Below are positions 1 through 8,926 of a DNA stretch of 37,928 nt, piece by piece. The translations under genes and the position numbers were made by a program. Under the pieces are notes generated by a model. It was not told where the DNA came from, did not search any database, and saw only the letters and a program-made list of their open reading frames with translations. The stretch spans positions 1 to 37,928 of the forward strand of contig CAIVPV010000187.1 of NCBI GenBank assembly GCA_903907915.1, written 5' to 3'. Within the stretch, counting starts at the first letter, position 1; each line of letters begins with the position of its first letter. Source of the DNA: an uncultured Cytophagaceae bacterium (GTDB lineage: Bacteria; Bacteroidota; Bacteroidia; Cytophagales; Spirosomataceae).

Positions 1-814
1 GCGAATTCAGAGCTGTATATTTACCGGTCACCCGCTTAATTGTAAAATCCTTCCAAGCAAATACCACGGTAGGATCAGCTTGCAAAGGCATATTTATCTG
101 TAGTCGATTCCAATAAACACCTGCTACACGAGCCTGCTCCTTTGAATTCTTAGATTCACCATAGACGATACTTGCTAAAATAGATACCTGAACGGGTGTT
201 AGACCCAATTTCTCAGCTTCACTCTTTCTTTTAGTCGTCCAAAACTTCTCATAAGCCCTGTTCATTTTAGTCAAAAATTCTGAAAATGAGGTTGTCCAAT
301 TCACTTCATAGGTATTAGGAACAAAAATGGCCGGACTAGTTTCCGAATTAAAACCCCATTGCTGCATTAATTCAGTAGAATCTAAAATAGCATAAATCGC
401 AGCAGAATCGTAGTCTGTTTGATTAGCAATCCGACCTGCCATATCCTCTTTTAATCGGAAATTGTTTATCACCACTTTATAGGCATCCTGACGACCATTT
501 CTTAGTTTCCGCAACATCTCCCAGTTACCCATTTCACTATGAATGATATAACGGCCTGGGCGGATTTTTTCGGGGTAGTTTAGGACTTTGGCTAAAAAAC
601 GAAAACTCAATTGATCCCTGACCAAATCGTGTTTCTTCAGCGTATCTAAAACGGTTTCATAGGACGCCTTTTCTGGAATGAATAATTCAAAAGGTTGATT
701 AGCTTCTACCCTAAAATTAGGGGTTTTGAAAACCTGCCATACGTAATAGGAAAACATGGCCGATACCAAACTAAATAACAATATAAAAATCTTTAATTTC
801 TTATTCGAAACCAT
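1..814 (-). CDS. mltG: Endolytic transglycosylase MltG (YceG family), partial; runs off the left edge
   Basis: Not in the ORF track; translated by hand from ATG at 814. N-terminal TM segment MVSNKKLKIFILLFSLVSAMFSYYVWQ, then RPGRY and the MltG motifs LASIVYGES and GVYWNRLQINMPLQADPTV. Starts 1 bp after the stop of the Ldh_2 gene. Confidence 0.92.
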   Translation of the reverse strand, partial: MVSNKKLKIFILLFSLVSAMFSYYVWQVFKTPNFRVEANQPFELFIPEKASYETVLDTLKKHDLVRDQLSFRFLAKVLNYPEKIRPGRYIIHSEMGNWEMLRKLRNGRQDAYKVVINNFRLKEDMAGRIANQTDYDSAAIYAILDSTELMQQWGFNSETSPAIFVPNTYEVNWTTSFSEFLTKMNRAYEKFWTTKRKSEAEKLGLTPVQVSILASIVYGESKNSKEQARVAGVYWNRLQINMPLQADPTVVFAWKDFTIKRVTGKYTALNS

Positions 815-815
815 A

Positions 816-1895
816 TTAATCAATTTTAAAATCTAAAGTAAAACGTGTGGCTAACGATTTTAAATCTTCTACCACTGGAAGTAATAAAGGAATTCCTTCC
901 ACTCGACGAACAGCCTCTAATTCACGTTCTGGATCGCCTGGAATAATTACTTGCTTACCTTCTACCGCTTTAGCTGACCTAAATCGACGAATCCATTTAT
1001 CCATATCTCTGGTAAAATCTTCGGCAGGCCGAAAGGCATCCACTCGCATCGCCCCTAAGAAATGACCGGTTCCATTACCCACTGTTTCACCAGCTTGCAT
1101 AAAACCCGCTGTAGCAAAGGGTGGCACCCAAGGCCCAAAATTGGCTCCAGATAATACGCCTGATAAAATATCTACAATAGCGCCTAAACCATACCCTTTA
1201 TGTGAGCCGTGTTCTCTATCTCCTCCTAATGGCAACAAAGCTCCTCCATTTTTTATGGCAAAAGCATCATTAGAAGGATCTCCATTCGCATCTTGCACCC
1301 ATCCATCTGGAGTATTCAATCCTTTTCTTTGTAAAATTTCTAGTTTACCATATGCCACTGCTGTGGAAGCGAAATCTGCTACAAAAGCTGGCTCCTCATT
1401 AGCTGGAATAGCCACTGCAATCGGATTAGTTCCTAATAATTTCTCTTTAGAAAAAGTGGGTGTAACTAAGGGAGCCGCATGAGTCATCGCCCAACCGATC
1501 ATTTGAGAAGGCAAAGCCTTCATTGCATGGTAGCCGGCAATGCCAAAATGATTTGAGTTTTGAACCGCTACCCATCCTGTACCTGCTAAAGCCGCTTTTT
1601 CACAAGCAATTTCCATTGCTTTAGGTGCCACCACTAATCCTAAGCCACGATCACCGTCTAACGTAGCTGTAGATAAGGTTTCATGTAAGATCTTTACTTG
1701 TGGCTTCGTATTTAATCGGCCATTATCATATAATCGTACATAACCCGCTAAGCGAGCTACCCCATGAGAATCAATTCCTCTTGCATCAGCAGAAACCAAT
1801 ACATCGGACGCTAATTCAGCCTCTTGTTCACTACAACCAATGGCTGTAAATACAGAGGCTACATATTTTTTCAATAAATGATAATCTGCTTGCAT
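816..1895 (-). CDS. Ldh_2 family (malate/L-lactate/ureidoglycolate-type) NAD(P)H oxidoreductase
   Basis: Motifs ADARGIDSHG, NSNHFGIAG, GTNPIAVA, HKGYGL, PGDPE. Start moved from 1955 to ATG 1895 (MQADY) because a TATCTTTG box lies at 1912-1919. Confidence 0.9.
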   Translation of the reverse strand: MQADYHLLKKYVASVFTAIGCSEQEAELASDVLVSADARGIDSHGVARLAGYVRLYDNGRLNTKPQVKILHETLSTATLDGDRGLGLVVAPKAMEIACEKAALAGTGWVAVQNSNHFGIAGYHAMKALPSQMIGWAMTHAAPLVTPTFSKEKLLGTNPIAVAIPANEEPAFVADFASTAVAYGKLEILQRKGLNTPDGWVQDANGDPSNDAFAIKNGGALLPLGGDREHGSHKGYGLGAIVDILSGVLSGANFGPWVPPFATAGFMQAGETVGNGTGHFLGAMRVDAFRPAEDFTRDMDKWIRRFRSAKAVEGKQVIIPGDPERELEAVRRVEGIPLLLPVVEDLKSLATRFTLDFKID

Positions 1896-1911
1896 AGTCC
1901 AAACTAAACCA

Positions 1912-1919
1912 CAAAGATA
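1912..1919 (-). promoter_or_regulatory. Bacteroidota -7 promoter box TATCTTTG for Ldh_2-mltG
   Basis: Exact TAnnTTTG match 16 bp upstream of ATG 1895. Confidence 0.65.
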
Positions 1920-1956
1920 ATTAGAACAATTGGTAAAAATATTGCTAAAATGCACC

Positions 1957-1964
1957 TAAATTTG
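1957..1964 (+). promoter_or_regulatory. -7 promoter box TAAATTTG for the FMN glutamate-synthase-like gene
   Basis: Exact TAnnTTTG match 22 bp upstream of ATG 1987, divergent from the box at 1912-1919. Confidence 0.6.
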
Positions 1965-1986
1965 AATCACAATTTCATCATAAACT

Positions 1987-3546
1987 ATGAACCTAATAAC
2001 ATCCGTTTGGTTTTGGCTAGCGCTGATTCTTATTTTAGTCATCATTCGCGATATATTTCTTCAAAAAAGCCACACTATTTCGCATAATTTCCCAATTGTA
2101 GGACATTTAAGGTATTGGCTTGAGACCATTGGACCTGAATTAAGGCAATATATTGTGGCCAATAATCGAGAGGAATTACCCTTTAATCGAGAAGAGCGCT
2201 CCTGGATTTATGCTTCATCGAAGAATGAAAATAATTTACAAGGTTTTGGGACTGATCAAGATTTTAGCGCTCCTGGTTATATTTTCATTAAAAATGCCAT
2301 GATGGGGTTTAATCCATCAGCTGAACATCTTTTTACTAAAAATCCAGGTGTTTTACCTGCTGCGAAAGTCATCGGTTTATATCATCAAAGAGCGAAGCCT
2401 TTTCGCCCCTATTCTATCGTAAATATATCAGGTATGAGTTATGGTTCTTTATCTGCCAAAGCTATCGAATCATTAAACAAAGGAGCTCTTATCGCAGGTT
2501 GTTACCACAATACAGGTGAAGGATCCTTATCTCCCTACCACCAAAACGGGGCAGATGTCATGTTGAATATAGGAACCGCCTATTTCGGTGTTAGAGAACT
2601 AGATGGCCGTTTCTCGATGGAAAAACTAAAACAAAAAGTAATCGAAAACCCATGCATTAAGGCCATAGAATTGAAATTATCTCAAGGTGCTAAACCTGGA
2701 AAAGGTGGCATGTTACCTAAATCTAAAATCAACAAAGAAATTGCAGAAATACGTAATATCTCCATGGATAGAGATGCTATTTCCCCCGCTTTCCACTCTG
2801 AATTTTCCAATGTCCCTGAAATGGTTGAATTCATTGAAGCCATGGCAAAGGAGACAGGATTACCAGTAGGTGTAAAATCAGCCATTGGAAAATTAGAACA
2901 ATGGGAAGAGCTAGCCGCTTATATGGCTAAAAATGAAAATGGACCTGATTTTATTACCATAGATGGTGGCGAAGGTGGTACTGGAGCGGCTCCACATGCA
3001 TTTGCTGATCACGTATCTATGCCCTTTACTTTTGCTTTCGCTAAAATTTATCAAATATTCCAGCGTCATAATTTAACAGATAAAATCTTCTTTATTGCCT
3101 CAGGTAAATTGGGATTCCCCGAAAAAGCCTTAATGGCTTTTGCTATGGGCGCTGATAGTATTCATATTGCCCGCGAAGCTATGATGTCCATCGGATGTAT
3201 TCAAGCTCAAAAATGCCATACAAATCATTGCCCTACGGGTATTGCTACTTCCAATAAATGGCTGCAAGCTGGAATAGACGTAACCCTAAAAAGCGAACGC
3301 TATTATCGCTATCACTACACTTTAGTGAAAGAAATCGCAGAAATTACCCATGCCTGTGGATACGAACATCCTTGCCAAATGACCATGGATGACATTGAAT
3401 GGTCCATGGGAGATAATAATAAAACAATGGCCTTGTCTAAGGCTTTAGGCTATACTAAAACAGAGGCTAGCTATGACGGCTTAGAAGAATTAGTCAAATG
3501 TCCGTATTTAGGTGGTCTAAATGCAAGAAAACGGCTATCTTTGTAA
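1987..3546 (+). CDS. FMN-binding glutamate synthase family protein (stand-alone, N-terminal membrane anchor)
   Basis: Motifs MSYGSLS, NTGEG, IELKLSQGAKPGKGG, DGGEGGTGAAP and the 3Fe-4S motif GCIQAQKCHTNHCPTG; hydrophobic N-terminus; no amidotransferase domain. Confidence 0.92.
   Translation: MNLITSVWFWLALILILVIIRDIFLQKSHTISHNFPIVGHLRYWLETIGPELRQYIVANNREELPFNREERSWIYASSKNENNLQGFGTDQDFSAPGYIFIKNAMMGFNPSAEHLFTKNPGVLPAAKVIGLYHQRAKPFRPYSIVNISGMSYGSLSAKAIESLNKGALIAGCYHNTGEGSLSPYHQNGADVMLNIGTAYFGVRELDGRFSMEKLKQKVIENPCIKAIELKLSQGAKPGKGGMLPKSKINKEIAEIRNISMDRDAISPAFHSEFSNVPEMVEFIEAMAKETGLPVGVKSAIGKLEQWEELAAYMAKNENGPDFITIDGGEGGTGAAPHAFADHVSMPFTFAFAKIYQIFQRHNLTDKIFFIASGKLGFPEKALMAFAMGADSIHIAREAMMSIGCIQAQKCHTNHCPTGIATSNKWLQAGIDVTLKSERYYRYHYTLVKEIAEITHACGYEHPCQMTMDDIEWSMGDNNKTMALSKALGYTKTEASYDGLEELVKCPYLGGLNARKRLSL
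3536..3543 (+). promoter_or_regulatory. -7 box TATCTTTG just upstream of the ABC-F start
   Basis: Exact TAnnTTTG match ending 4 nt before ATG 3548, inside the last codons of the upstream gene. Confidence 0.5.
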
Positions 3547-3547
3547 A

Positions 3548-5413
3548 ATGTTATCAATATCTAATTTAAACTTCTATTTCGGAAGTCGCGCCTTGTACGA
3601 AGGGGCAAGTTTACACATCAAGCCTAGGACTAAAATCGGTTTAATCGGTGCCAACGGAACCGGTAAATCTACTTTATTGCGTCTCATTTCAGGAGAATAT
3701 ACCCCAGATGGAGGAACTATTTCTAAATCCGGGGATTGTACCATCGGCTTTTTAAATCAAGATTTATTGTCTTATCAAACAGATGATAGTATCTTAAATG
3801 TGGCGATGCAGGCTTTTGAGAAGCAATTAGAGTTACAACATGATATTGATAAGGTACTTCATAAAATGGAAACGAATTATGAAGACAAAGACATTGATGT
3901 ATTAGCAAAACTTCAAGAGGATTTTGAGCGATTAGACGGTTATACCATTCAATCACGTACAGAAGAAATTTTGGAGGGTTTAGGATTTAGCACAGATGAT
4001 TTAGGTCGTCCCTTAAAGTTATTTTCTGGAGGATGGCGTATGCGGGTTATGTTAGCTAAGCTTTTATTGCAAAAGCCTGCCTTGCTCCTTCTGGATGAGC
4101 CGACTAACCACTTGGACTTACCTTCCATCGAATGGGTTGAAAAATATATACACGATTATGAGGGTTCCATCGTGGTCGTTTCTCACGATCGTTATTTCTT
4201 AGATAGAACCATTGATAGTATTGCCGAAGTTTCTGGCTCTAAAATCACCTTATATCCAGGCAATTATTCTTTCTATATGGAGGAAAAAGCGTTACGAAAT
4301 GAAATTCAAAAAGGAGCATTTGAAAATCAGCAATCCCAAATTCGTCAGACGGAGAAATTTATTCAACGCTTTAAAGCCAAAGCCTCTAAGGCAAAGCAAG
4401 TGCAATCCCGCGTTAAAGCTCTGGATCGCATCGATATGATAGATGAGGTAGTGGATGAAAAAGCAAAAGTGAATTTCAAATTTAATTTTGGGACAGAACC
4501 TGGTCGTTTTATCTTGTTTTTAGAACATATTTCGAAGGCTTTTGGAGAAAAAGTTATTTTAAAGAATACCTCCGCAACAATTAATAGAGGGGATAAAATT
4601 GCGTTAATCGGCGCCAATGGAAAGGGTAAATCCACCCTACTCCGAATTATTTCTGGAACTGAAAAAATACAAGGAGAAAGACGGACAGGTCATAATGTCA
4701 TTGAATCCTTCTTCGCACAACATCAATTAGAGAGTTTAACAGTAGAAAATTCGTTAATTGATGAATTAAAAGCAACAGGAACGGCTAAAACAGAAATGGA
4801 ATTACGCTCCGTATTAGGCTGTTTCTTGTTTTCAGGTGAAGAAGTGTTTAAAAAGATCAAAGTCCTTTCAGGGGGAGAAAAATCCCGCGTTGCTTTGGCC
4901 AAAGTATTAATCTCCGAAGCTAACTTCCTCTTACTCGATGAGCCTACCAATCACTTGGATATGCAGTCGGTTAATATCTTAATTCAGGCATTACAACAAT
5001 ACGAAGGCACGTATGTAGTTGTATCCCACGATCGTTATTTTGTAAGTAATATTGCAAACAAAATTTGGTATATTGAAGATCATGAAATCAAGGAATATCC
5101 TGGATCCTTCGATGAATACGAAACATGGATGGCGTCCAGAGAATCAGCCAGACCAGCAGCTGTAAAATCTAACGCAAAACCGAAAGCCGAATTAGCTCCT
5201 GTAGAGGCAAAGTCCCCAAATCAAGCCAAACAAATTGAAAAATTAGAGGCAGAAATAATAGAGATAGAAAATAATATATCTGCTATTGAGTTACAAATGA
5301 TTGAATTAGCTAATCAGGCTGATTATGCGGGATTAAAAGCGTTGGAAACATCGATGGCAACCGAAAAGGAAAAATTAGCTGCGACTACATCCTCCTGGGA
5401 AGCATTAATCTAA
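3548..5413 (+). CDS. ABC-F family ATP-binding protein (YheS/YdiF-like translation factor)
   Basis: Two NBDs (GANGTGKST/FSGGW/LLLDEPTNHLD and GANGKGKST/LSGGE/LLLDEPTNHLD), a linker, a C-terminal coiled coil and no TM segments. Start set at ATG 3548 (MLSISNL). Confidence 0.93.
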   Translation: MLSISNLNFYFGSRALYEGASLHIKPRTKIGLIGANGTGKSTLLRLISGEYTPDGGTISKSGDCTIGFLNQDLLSYQTDDSILNVAMQAFEKQLELQHDIDKVLHKMETNYEDKDIDVLAKLQEDFERLDGYTIQSRTEEILEGLGFSTDDLGRPLKLFSGGWRMRVMLAKLLLQKPALLLLDEPTNHLDLPSIEWVEKYIHDYEGSIVVVSHDRYFLDRTIDSIAEVSGSKITLYPGNYSFYMEEKALRNEIQKGAFENQQSQIRQTEKFIQRFKAKASKAKQVQSRVKALDRIDMIDEVVDEKAKVNFKFNFGTEPGRFILFLEHISKAFGEKVILKNTSATINRGDKIALIGANGKGKSTLLRIISGTEKIQGERRTGHNVIESFFAQHQLESLTVENSLIDELKATGTAKTEMELRSVLGCFLFSGEEVFKKIKVLSGGEKSRVALAKVLISEANFLLLDEPTNHLDMQSVNILIQALQQYEGTYVVVSHDRYFVSNIANKIWYIEDHEIKEYPGSFDEYETWMASRESARPAAVKSNAKPKAELAPVEAKSPNQAKQIEKLEAEIIEIENNISAIELQMIELANQADYAGLKALETSMATEKEKLAATTSSWEALI

Positions 5414-5418
5414 ATCGT

Positions 5419-6645
5419 ATGAAGACCTATTTTTCGCTTTTGCTAATTTTAAGTCTTCCATTTTATGCACATAGCCAAATACAAACACGGATTCATCATC
5501 CGAATATTAAGACAGCTTTCATTAAAAATGAGGCTGTTTTTGTGCATCCCAATGTCGTTTTAAACTTAGGGTCTGAGAATAAATCTAGTCTTCAATTTGA
5601 TGATTTAGCCCTAAATTATCCCAATTATTACTTTAGACTCATACATTGCCAAGCGGATTGGAATCCATCTCCTTTAGCAGATCTAGAATATTTGCAAGAT
5701 TTCAATGATTTTCCTCTCAGAAATCCAGAATCATCCATAGGTACAAAAGTCCCCTATATTCATTATTCCGTGCCTATCCCTTCCGTTAAAGTAAGTGGCA
5801 ATTATATAGCCATGGTCTATAACAAACGAAATAAACGGGATACGGTCCTTTGTGTGCGTTTCTCAGTGGCGGAACAAGTAATTACGGCCGCCACTTCTTT
5901 TTCCTACGCTAAAACAAACGATTTACGCGCTAGCCATCAAAACATTGATTTTAAATTACATATCCCTCCTAGTCTAAACTTCACGGGTGATGATCAGCTT
6001 AAGATTCAATTACGCCAAAACCACCAATCCGATAATCTGTTAAATCATTTACCTCTAGGCCAATTTAATAGCCAAGAAAATAGCCTCATTTTCCCATTTT
6101 TTAACCAAGAAAATGCCATGGCAGGATCTAATGAATTTAGGCTCATCGATCTTCGAAGCTCGCAACAAAAATTAAGTTTCGTGGATCATTTAGAAACGGG
6201 AGAAAAAATTAACCGAATCAATACCCAAATCGAACAAGCGCAAGGATTGTATTCCTATGTCCAAAGAAATGATTTGAATGGTTCTTATGTAATTGAATCC
6301 TACGAAAATCGAGAAAATCCCCTACAAGCAGATTATGTAGCATGTACATTTCGATTAAAGCCAGTGGAGACTAAAGATGAAATTTACCTGATTGGAGGTT
6401 TTAATGATTACAAATTGTCCTCCATTTTACAAGTAAATAGAGAAACTGGTTTCCTTGAAAATACCCAAATATTAAAACAGGGAATATACAATTACCAGTT
6501 TAAAAGCAAAAATCCCTCTAACGCTACATTAGAGGGAAATTATTCACAAACCGAAAATGTGTACGAGCTTCTCGTATACTTTCAAAAACCTGGCACAAGG
6601 TATGATGCGCTGGTGGGGTATACTTCGCTAGTCACTAGTCGCTAG
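5419..6645 (+). CDS. Type IX secretion system plug-like protein (DUF5103)
   Basis: Signal peptide AHS-Q; motifs LQFDDL, IHCQADWNPSPL, T.VPYIHY, VSGNY, NEFRLIDLR, LKQGIYNYQF, EGNYSQTENVYELLVY, RYDALVG resemble this family as I recall it. Confidence 0.8.
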   Translation: MKTYFSLLLILSLPFYAHSQIQTRIHHPNIKTAFIKNEAVFVHPNVVLNLGSENKSSLQFDDLALNYPNYYFRLIHCQADWNPSPLADLEYLQDFNDFPLRNPESSIGTKVPYIHYSVPIPSVKVSGNYIAMVYNKRNKRDTVLCVRFSVAEQVITAATSFSYAKTNDLRASHQNIDFKLHIPPSLNFTGDDQLKIQLRQNHQSDNLLNHLPLGQFNSQENSLIFPFFNQENAMAGSNEFRLIDLRSSQQKLSFVDHLETGEKINRINTQIEQAQGLYSYVQRNDLNGSYVIESYENRENPLQADYVACTFRLKPVETKDEIYLIGGFNDYKLSSILQVNRETGFLENTQILKQGIYNYQFKSKNPSNATLEGNYSQTENVYELLVYFQKPGTRYDALVGYTSLVTSR

Positions 6646-6718
6646 TCACTAGTCGCTAGTCACTAGTCACTAGTCGCTAGTCGATAGTCGATAGTCGATA
6701 GTCAGTAACTAGTAGTCA
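6628..6718. repeat. 7-bp tandem repeat (C/A)TAGTC(A/G): 11 good units (6628-6704) plus 2 further in-phase variant units
   Basis: Read directly: CTAGTCA CTAGTCG CTAGTCA CTAGTCG CTAGTCA CTAGTCA CTAGTCG CTAGTCG ATAGTCG ATAGTCG ATAGTCA GTAACTA GTAGTCA. Confidence 0.97.
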
Positions 6719-6724
6719 GTTCTG

Positions 6725-7828
6725 CTATACATTAAATCTGAAGTGCATGATGTCACCATCCGCTACTATATAGTCTTTACCTTCTACGCTTAACTTACCC
6801 GCGTCCTTACAACCTGCTTCCGTTTTATATGCCACATAATCAGCTAGTTTAATCACCTCAGCACGTATAAATCCACGTTCGAAATCTGTGTGAATAACAC
6901 CCGCCGCAGCAGGAGCTTTCCAACCTTTTTGAATCGTCCAAGCTCTAACTTCTTGCACACCCGCAGTGAAATAAGTAATCAGATTTAATAAATGATATGA
7001 ACTTCGAATTAATTTACTTAATCCAGATTCTTTTAAACCATATTCTTCTAGAAACATGGCACGATCATCCATATCCTCCATTTCCGCAATTTGAGCCTCT
7101 AAAGCTGCACAAACTACAACCACTTCCGCATTTTCAGGTGCGACATTAGCTTTCAATTCATCTACAAATTGATTCCCACCTGCTGAAATAGAAGCTTCAT
7201 CTACATTCGCCACATATATAACTGGTTTGTCAGTCAATAAATATAAATCACCAATAGCGGCTTGACGAAGATCATCATCCATGACAACCGTACGAGCCGA
7301 ATTACCTTTTTCTAAAGCTGATTTAAATTGAAGCAAAGCCGCTAATTCCGCCTTCGCTTTTGCATCCCCTGCTTTTGCAGCCCGCTCCGTCTTTGAAATC
7401 TTTTTATCAACTGAGTCTAAATCCTTAATCTGAAGTTCAAAATCAATAATCTCTTTATCACTTACCGGATTAACTCGTCCTTCAACGTGAATAATATTTT
7501 CATCTTCAAAACAACGTACGACGTGAATAATCGCATCTACTTCTCTAATATTTGCTAGAAATTTATTTCCCAAACCAGCTCCAGTTGAAGCTCCCTTCAC
7601 TAATCCAGCAATATCTGTAAACTCAATCACCGTAGGCAAAATGCGATTCGGCTTTACTAATTCAGCTAAAATATTTAAACGATCATCCGGTACTGTAACG
7701 ATACCCACATTCGGTTCGATCGTACAAAAAGGATAATTAGCCGCTTCTGCTTTATTAGAAGAAATAGCACTAAATAAAGTTGATTTACCTACATTAGGCA
7801 ATCCCACAATTCCACAAGTTAATCCCAT
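6725..7828 (-). CDS. ychF: Redox-regulated ribosome-binding ATPase YchF
   Basis: GIVGLPNVGKSTLF, ANYPFCTIEPN, DIAGLVKGAS, IHTDFERGFIRAEV, C-terminus DGDIMHFRFNV. Confidence 0.98.
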   Translation of the reverse strand: MGLTCGIVGLPNVGKSTLFSAISSNKAEAANYPFCTIEPNVGIVTVPDDRLNILAELVKPNRILPTVIEFTDIAGLVKGASTGAGLGNKFLANIREVDAIIHVVRCFEDENIIHVEGRVNPVSDKEIIDFELQIKDLDSVDKKISKTERAAKAGDAKAKAELAALLQFKSALEKGNSARTVVMDDDLRQAAIGDLYLLTDKPVIYVANVDEASISAGGNQFVDELKANVAPENAEVVVVCAALEAQIAEMEDMDDRAMFLEEYGLKESGLSKLIRSSYHLLNLITYFTAGVQEVRAWTIQKGWKAPAAAGVIHTDFERGFIRAEVIKLADYVAYKTEAGCKDAGKLSVEGKDYIVADGDIMHFRFNV

Positions 7829-7850
7829 AGTAATTTTAAAAATGAAAGGA

Positions 7851-7858
7851 CAAAAGTA
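7851..7858 (-). promoter_or_regulatory. -7 box TACTTTTG for ychF
   Basis: Exact TAnnTTTG match 22 bp upstream of the ychF ATG. Confidence 0.6.
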
Positions 7859-7870
7859 CGGCTAAAAATC

Positions 7871-7900
7871 AAAAAGCCCCTGATTTCTCAGAGGCTTTTT
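7871..7900 (-). terminator. Intrinsic terminator of the DUF3276 gene
   Basis: Minus strand AGCCTCTGA-GAAA-TCAGGGGCT-TTTT: stem with one U-G pair, GAAA tetraloop and U tail. Confidence 0.85.
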
Positions 7901-7919
7901 CAAATATTTTAAGAGAGCG

Positions 7920-8237
7920 CTATTCCCATTTTAAATCAGTCCCACCAAACTCATCTTCATCCCGATTAAACGAGGTAAAATCAACGTCTGGCATTAATTC
8001 CGTCTTCACATGATTAACGGCCTCGTTTAAACCTTCAATAAACTTATCAAAATCCTCTTTGTAGAGGAACATCTTATGTTTTTCATATACAACTCCGTCC
8101 TCCTTTTGATGACGACGACTTTCTGTTATCGTAATGTAATAATCTTGAGAACGGGTCGACTTCACATCAAAAAAATAAGTTCTCTTTCCTGCCCGAATAC
8201 GCTTGGAAAATAACTCTTCTCTATCTCTTTCTTCCAC
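7920..8237 (-). CDS. DUF3276 / PUR-family nucleic-acid-binding protein
   Basis: FSKRIRAGKRTYFFDVKST, YYITITES, YEKHKMFLYKEDF; GTG start. Confidence 0.9.
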   Translation of the reverse strand: MEERDREELFSKRIRAGKRTYFFDVKSTRSQDYYITITESRRHQKEDGVVYEKHKMFLYKEDFDKFIEGLNEAVNHVKTELMPDVDFTSFNRDEDEFGGTDLKWE

Positions 8238-8390
8238 TGATTTTTAAATTATAGTTTCACAATGTGTAAATCTACTATTTATTCTGATTCACTCAAAAAA
8301 AATCGAAAAATTTAAGCAAAGCCCTCCATTACCCACATTTTTTTATCCCGAATTAAACCTACATCTTTACTATCATCATCTAAATTTCTA

Positions 8391-8924
8391 ATGATAAAAA
8401 TACCATCAATAGTTCTATTGATATGCACATTTTTATCCCTAAATGCTTTCTCACAAGATTTAGGATATGAAAAAATAGGAATTGCCTCGTTCTACGCCAA
8501 TTCCTTTTACGGAAAAAAAACAGCTAGTGGTGAGCGATTAAAAAAAACTAATGCAACAGCAGCCCATAAAAAATTCCCCTTCAATACATTAGTTGAAGTA
8601 ACCAATTTATCCAATCGCAGAAGCGTAATTGTACGAATAAATGACAGAGGACCTTATCGAAAAGGAAGAGTCATTGATTTATCAGAAGCTGCGGCTAAAA
8701 AATTAAACTTAAAGAAAATAGGACTTGTTAAAGTTAAGATCAAGATCGTTGGATTTGAGAATGAATTGATGCTCATTCCCTATCAGAAACTTTCGCTGGT
8801 GAGTAATCCTAAATTTAGCCGAAACTTCTACCAAAAATCGCGTCTGAAATACAAGACACACTATAAGATGAAGAAGAACGTAAAACACAAAAAATACATC
8901 AATAAAAAATATATTAAACGATAG
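8391..8924 (+). CDS. rlpA: RlpA-family lytic transglycosylase (DPBB domain) with basic C-terminal tail
   Basis: GIASFY, TASGE, TAAHKKFPFNT, VIVRINDRGPY, RVIDLSEAAA; signal peptide AFS-Q. Confidence 0.88.
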   Translation: MIKIPSIVLLICTFLSLNAFSQDLGYEKIGIASFYANSFYGKKTASGERLKKTNATAAHKKFPFNTLVEVTNLSNRRSVIVRINDRGPYRKGRVIDLSEAAAKKLNLKKIGLVKVKIKIVGFENELMLIPYQKLSLVSNPKFSRNFYQKSRLKYKTHYKMKKNVKHKKYINKKYIKR

Positions 8925-8926
8925 TT

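Noticed and set aside
1896-1955. Longer N-termini in the ORF track for Ldh_2 (1955), ABC-F (3521) and leuC (20261)
   Set aside because: The extensions run through promoter boxes or neighbouring genes and do not resemble the families; downstream ATGs fit better.
3548-5413. ABC-F as an antibiotic-resistance (ARE) gene
   Set aside because: Core-genome context, no leader peptide or mobile element, and housekeeping-type architecture; a subfamily HMM search would be needed to claim otherwise.
6628-6718. CRISPR array
   Set aside because: Units are 7 bp and contiguous, with no unique spacers and no cas genes.
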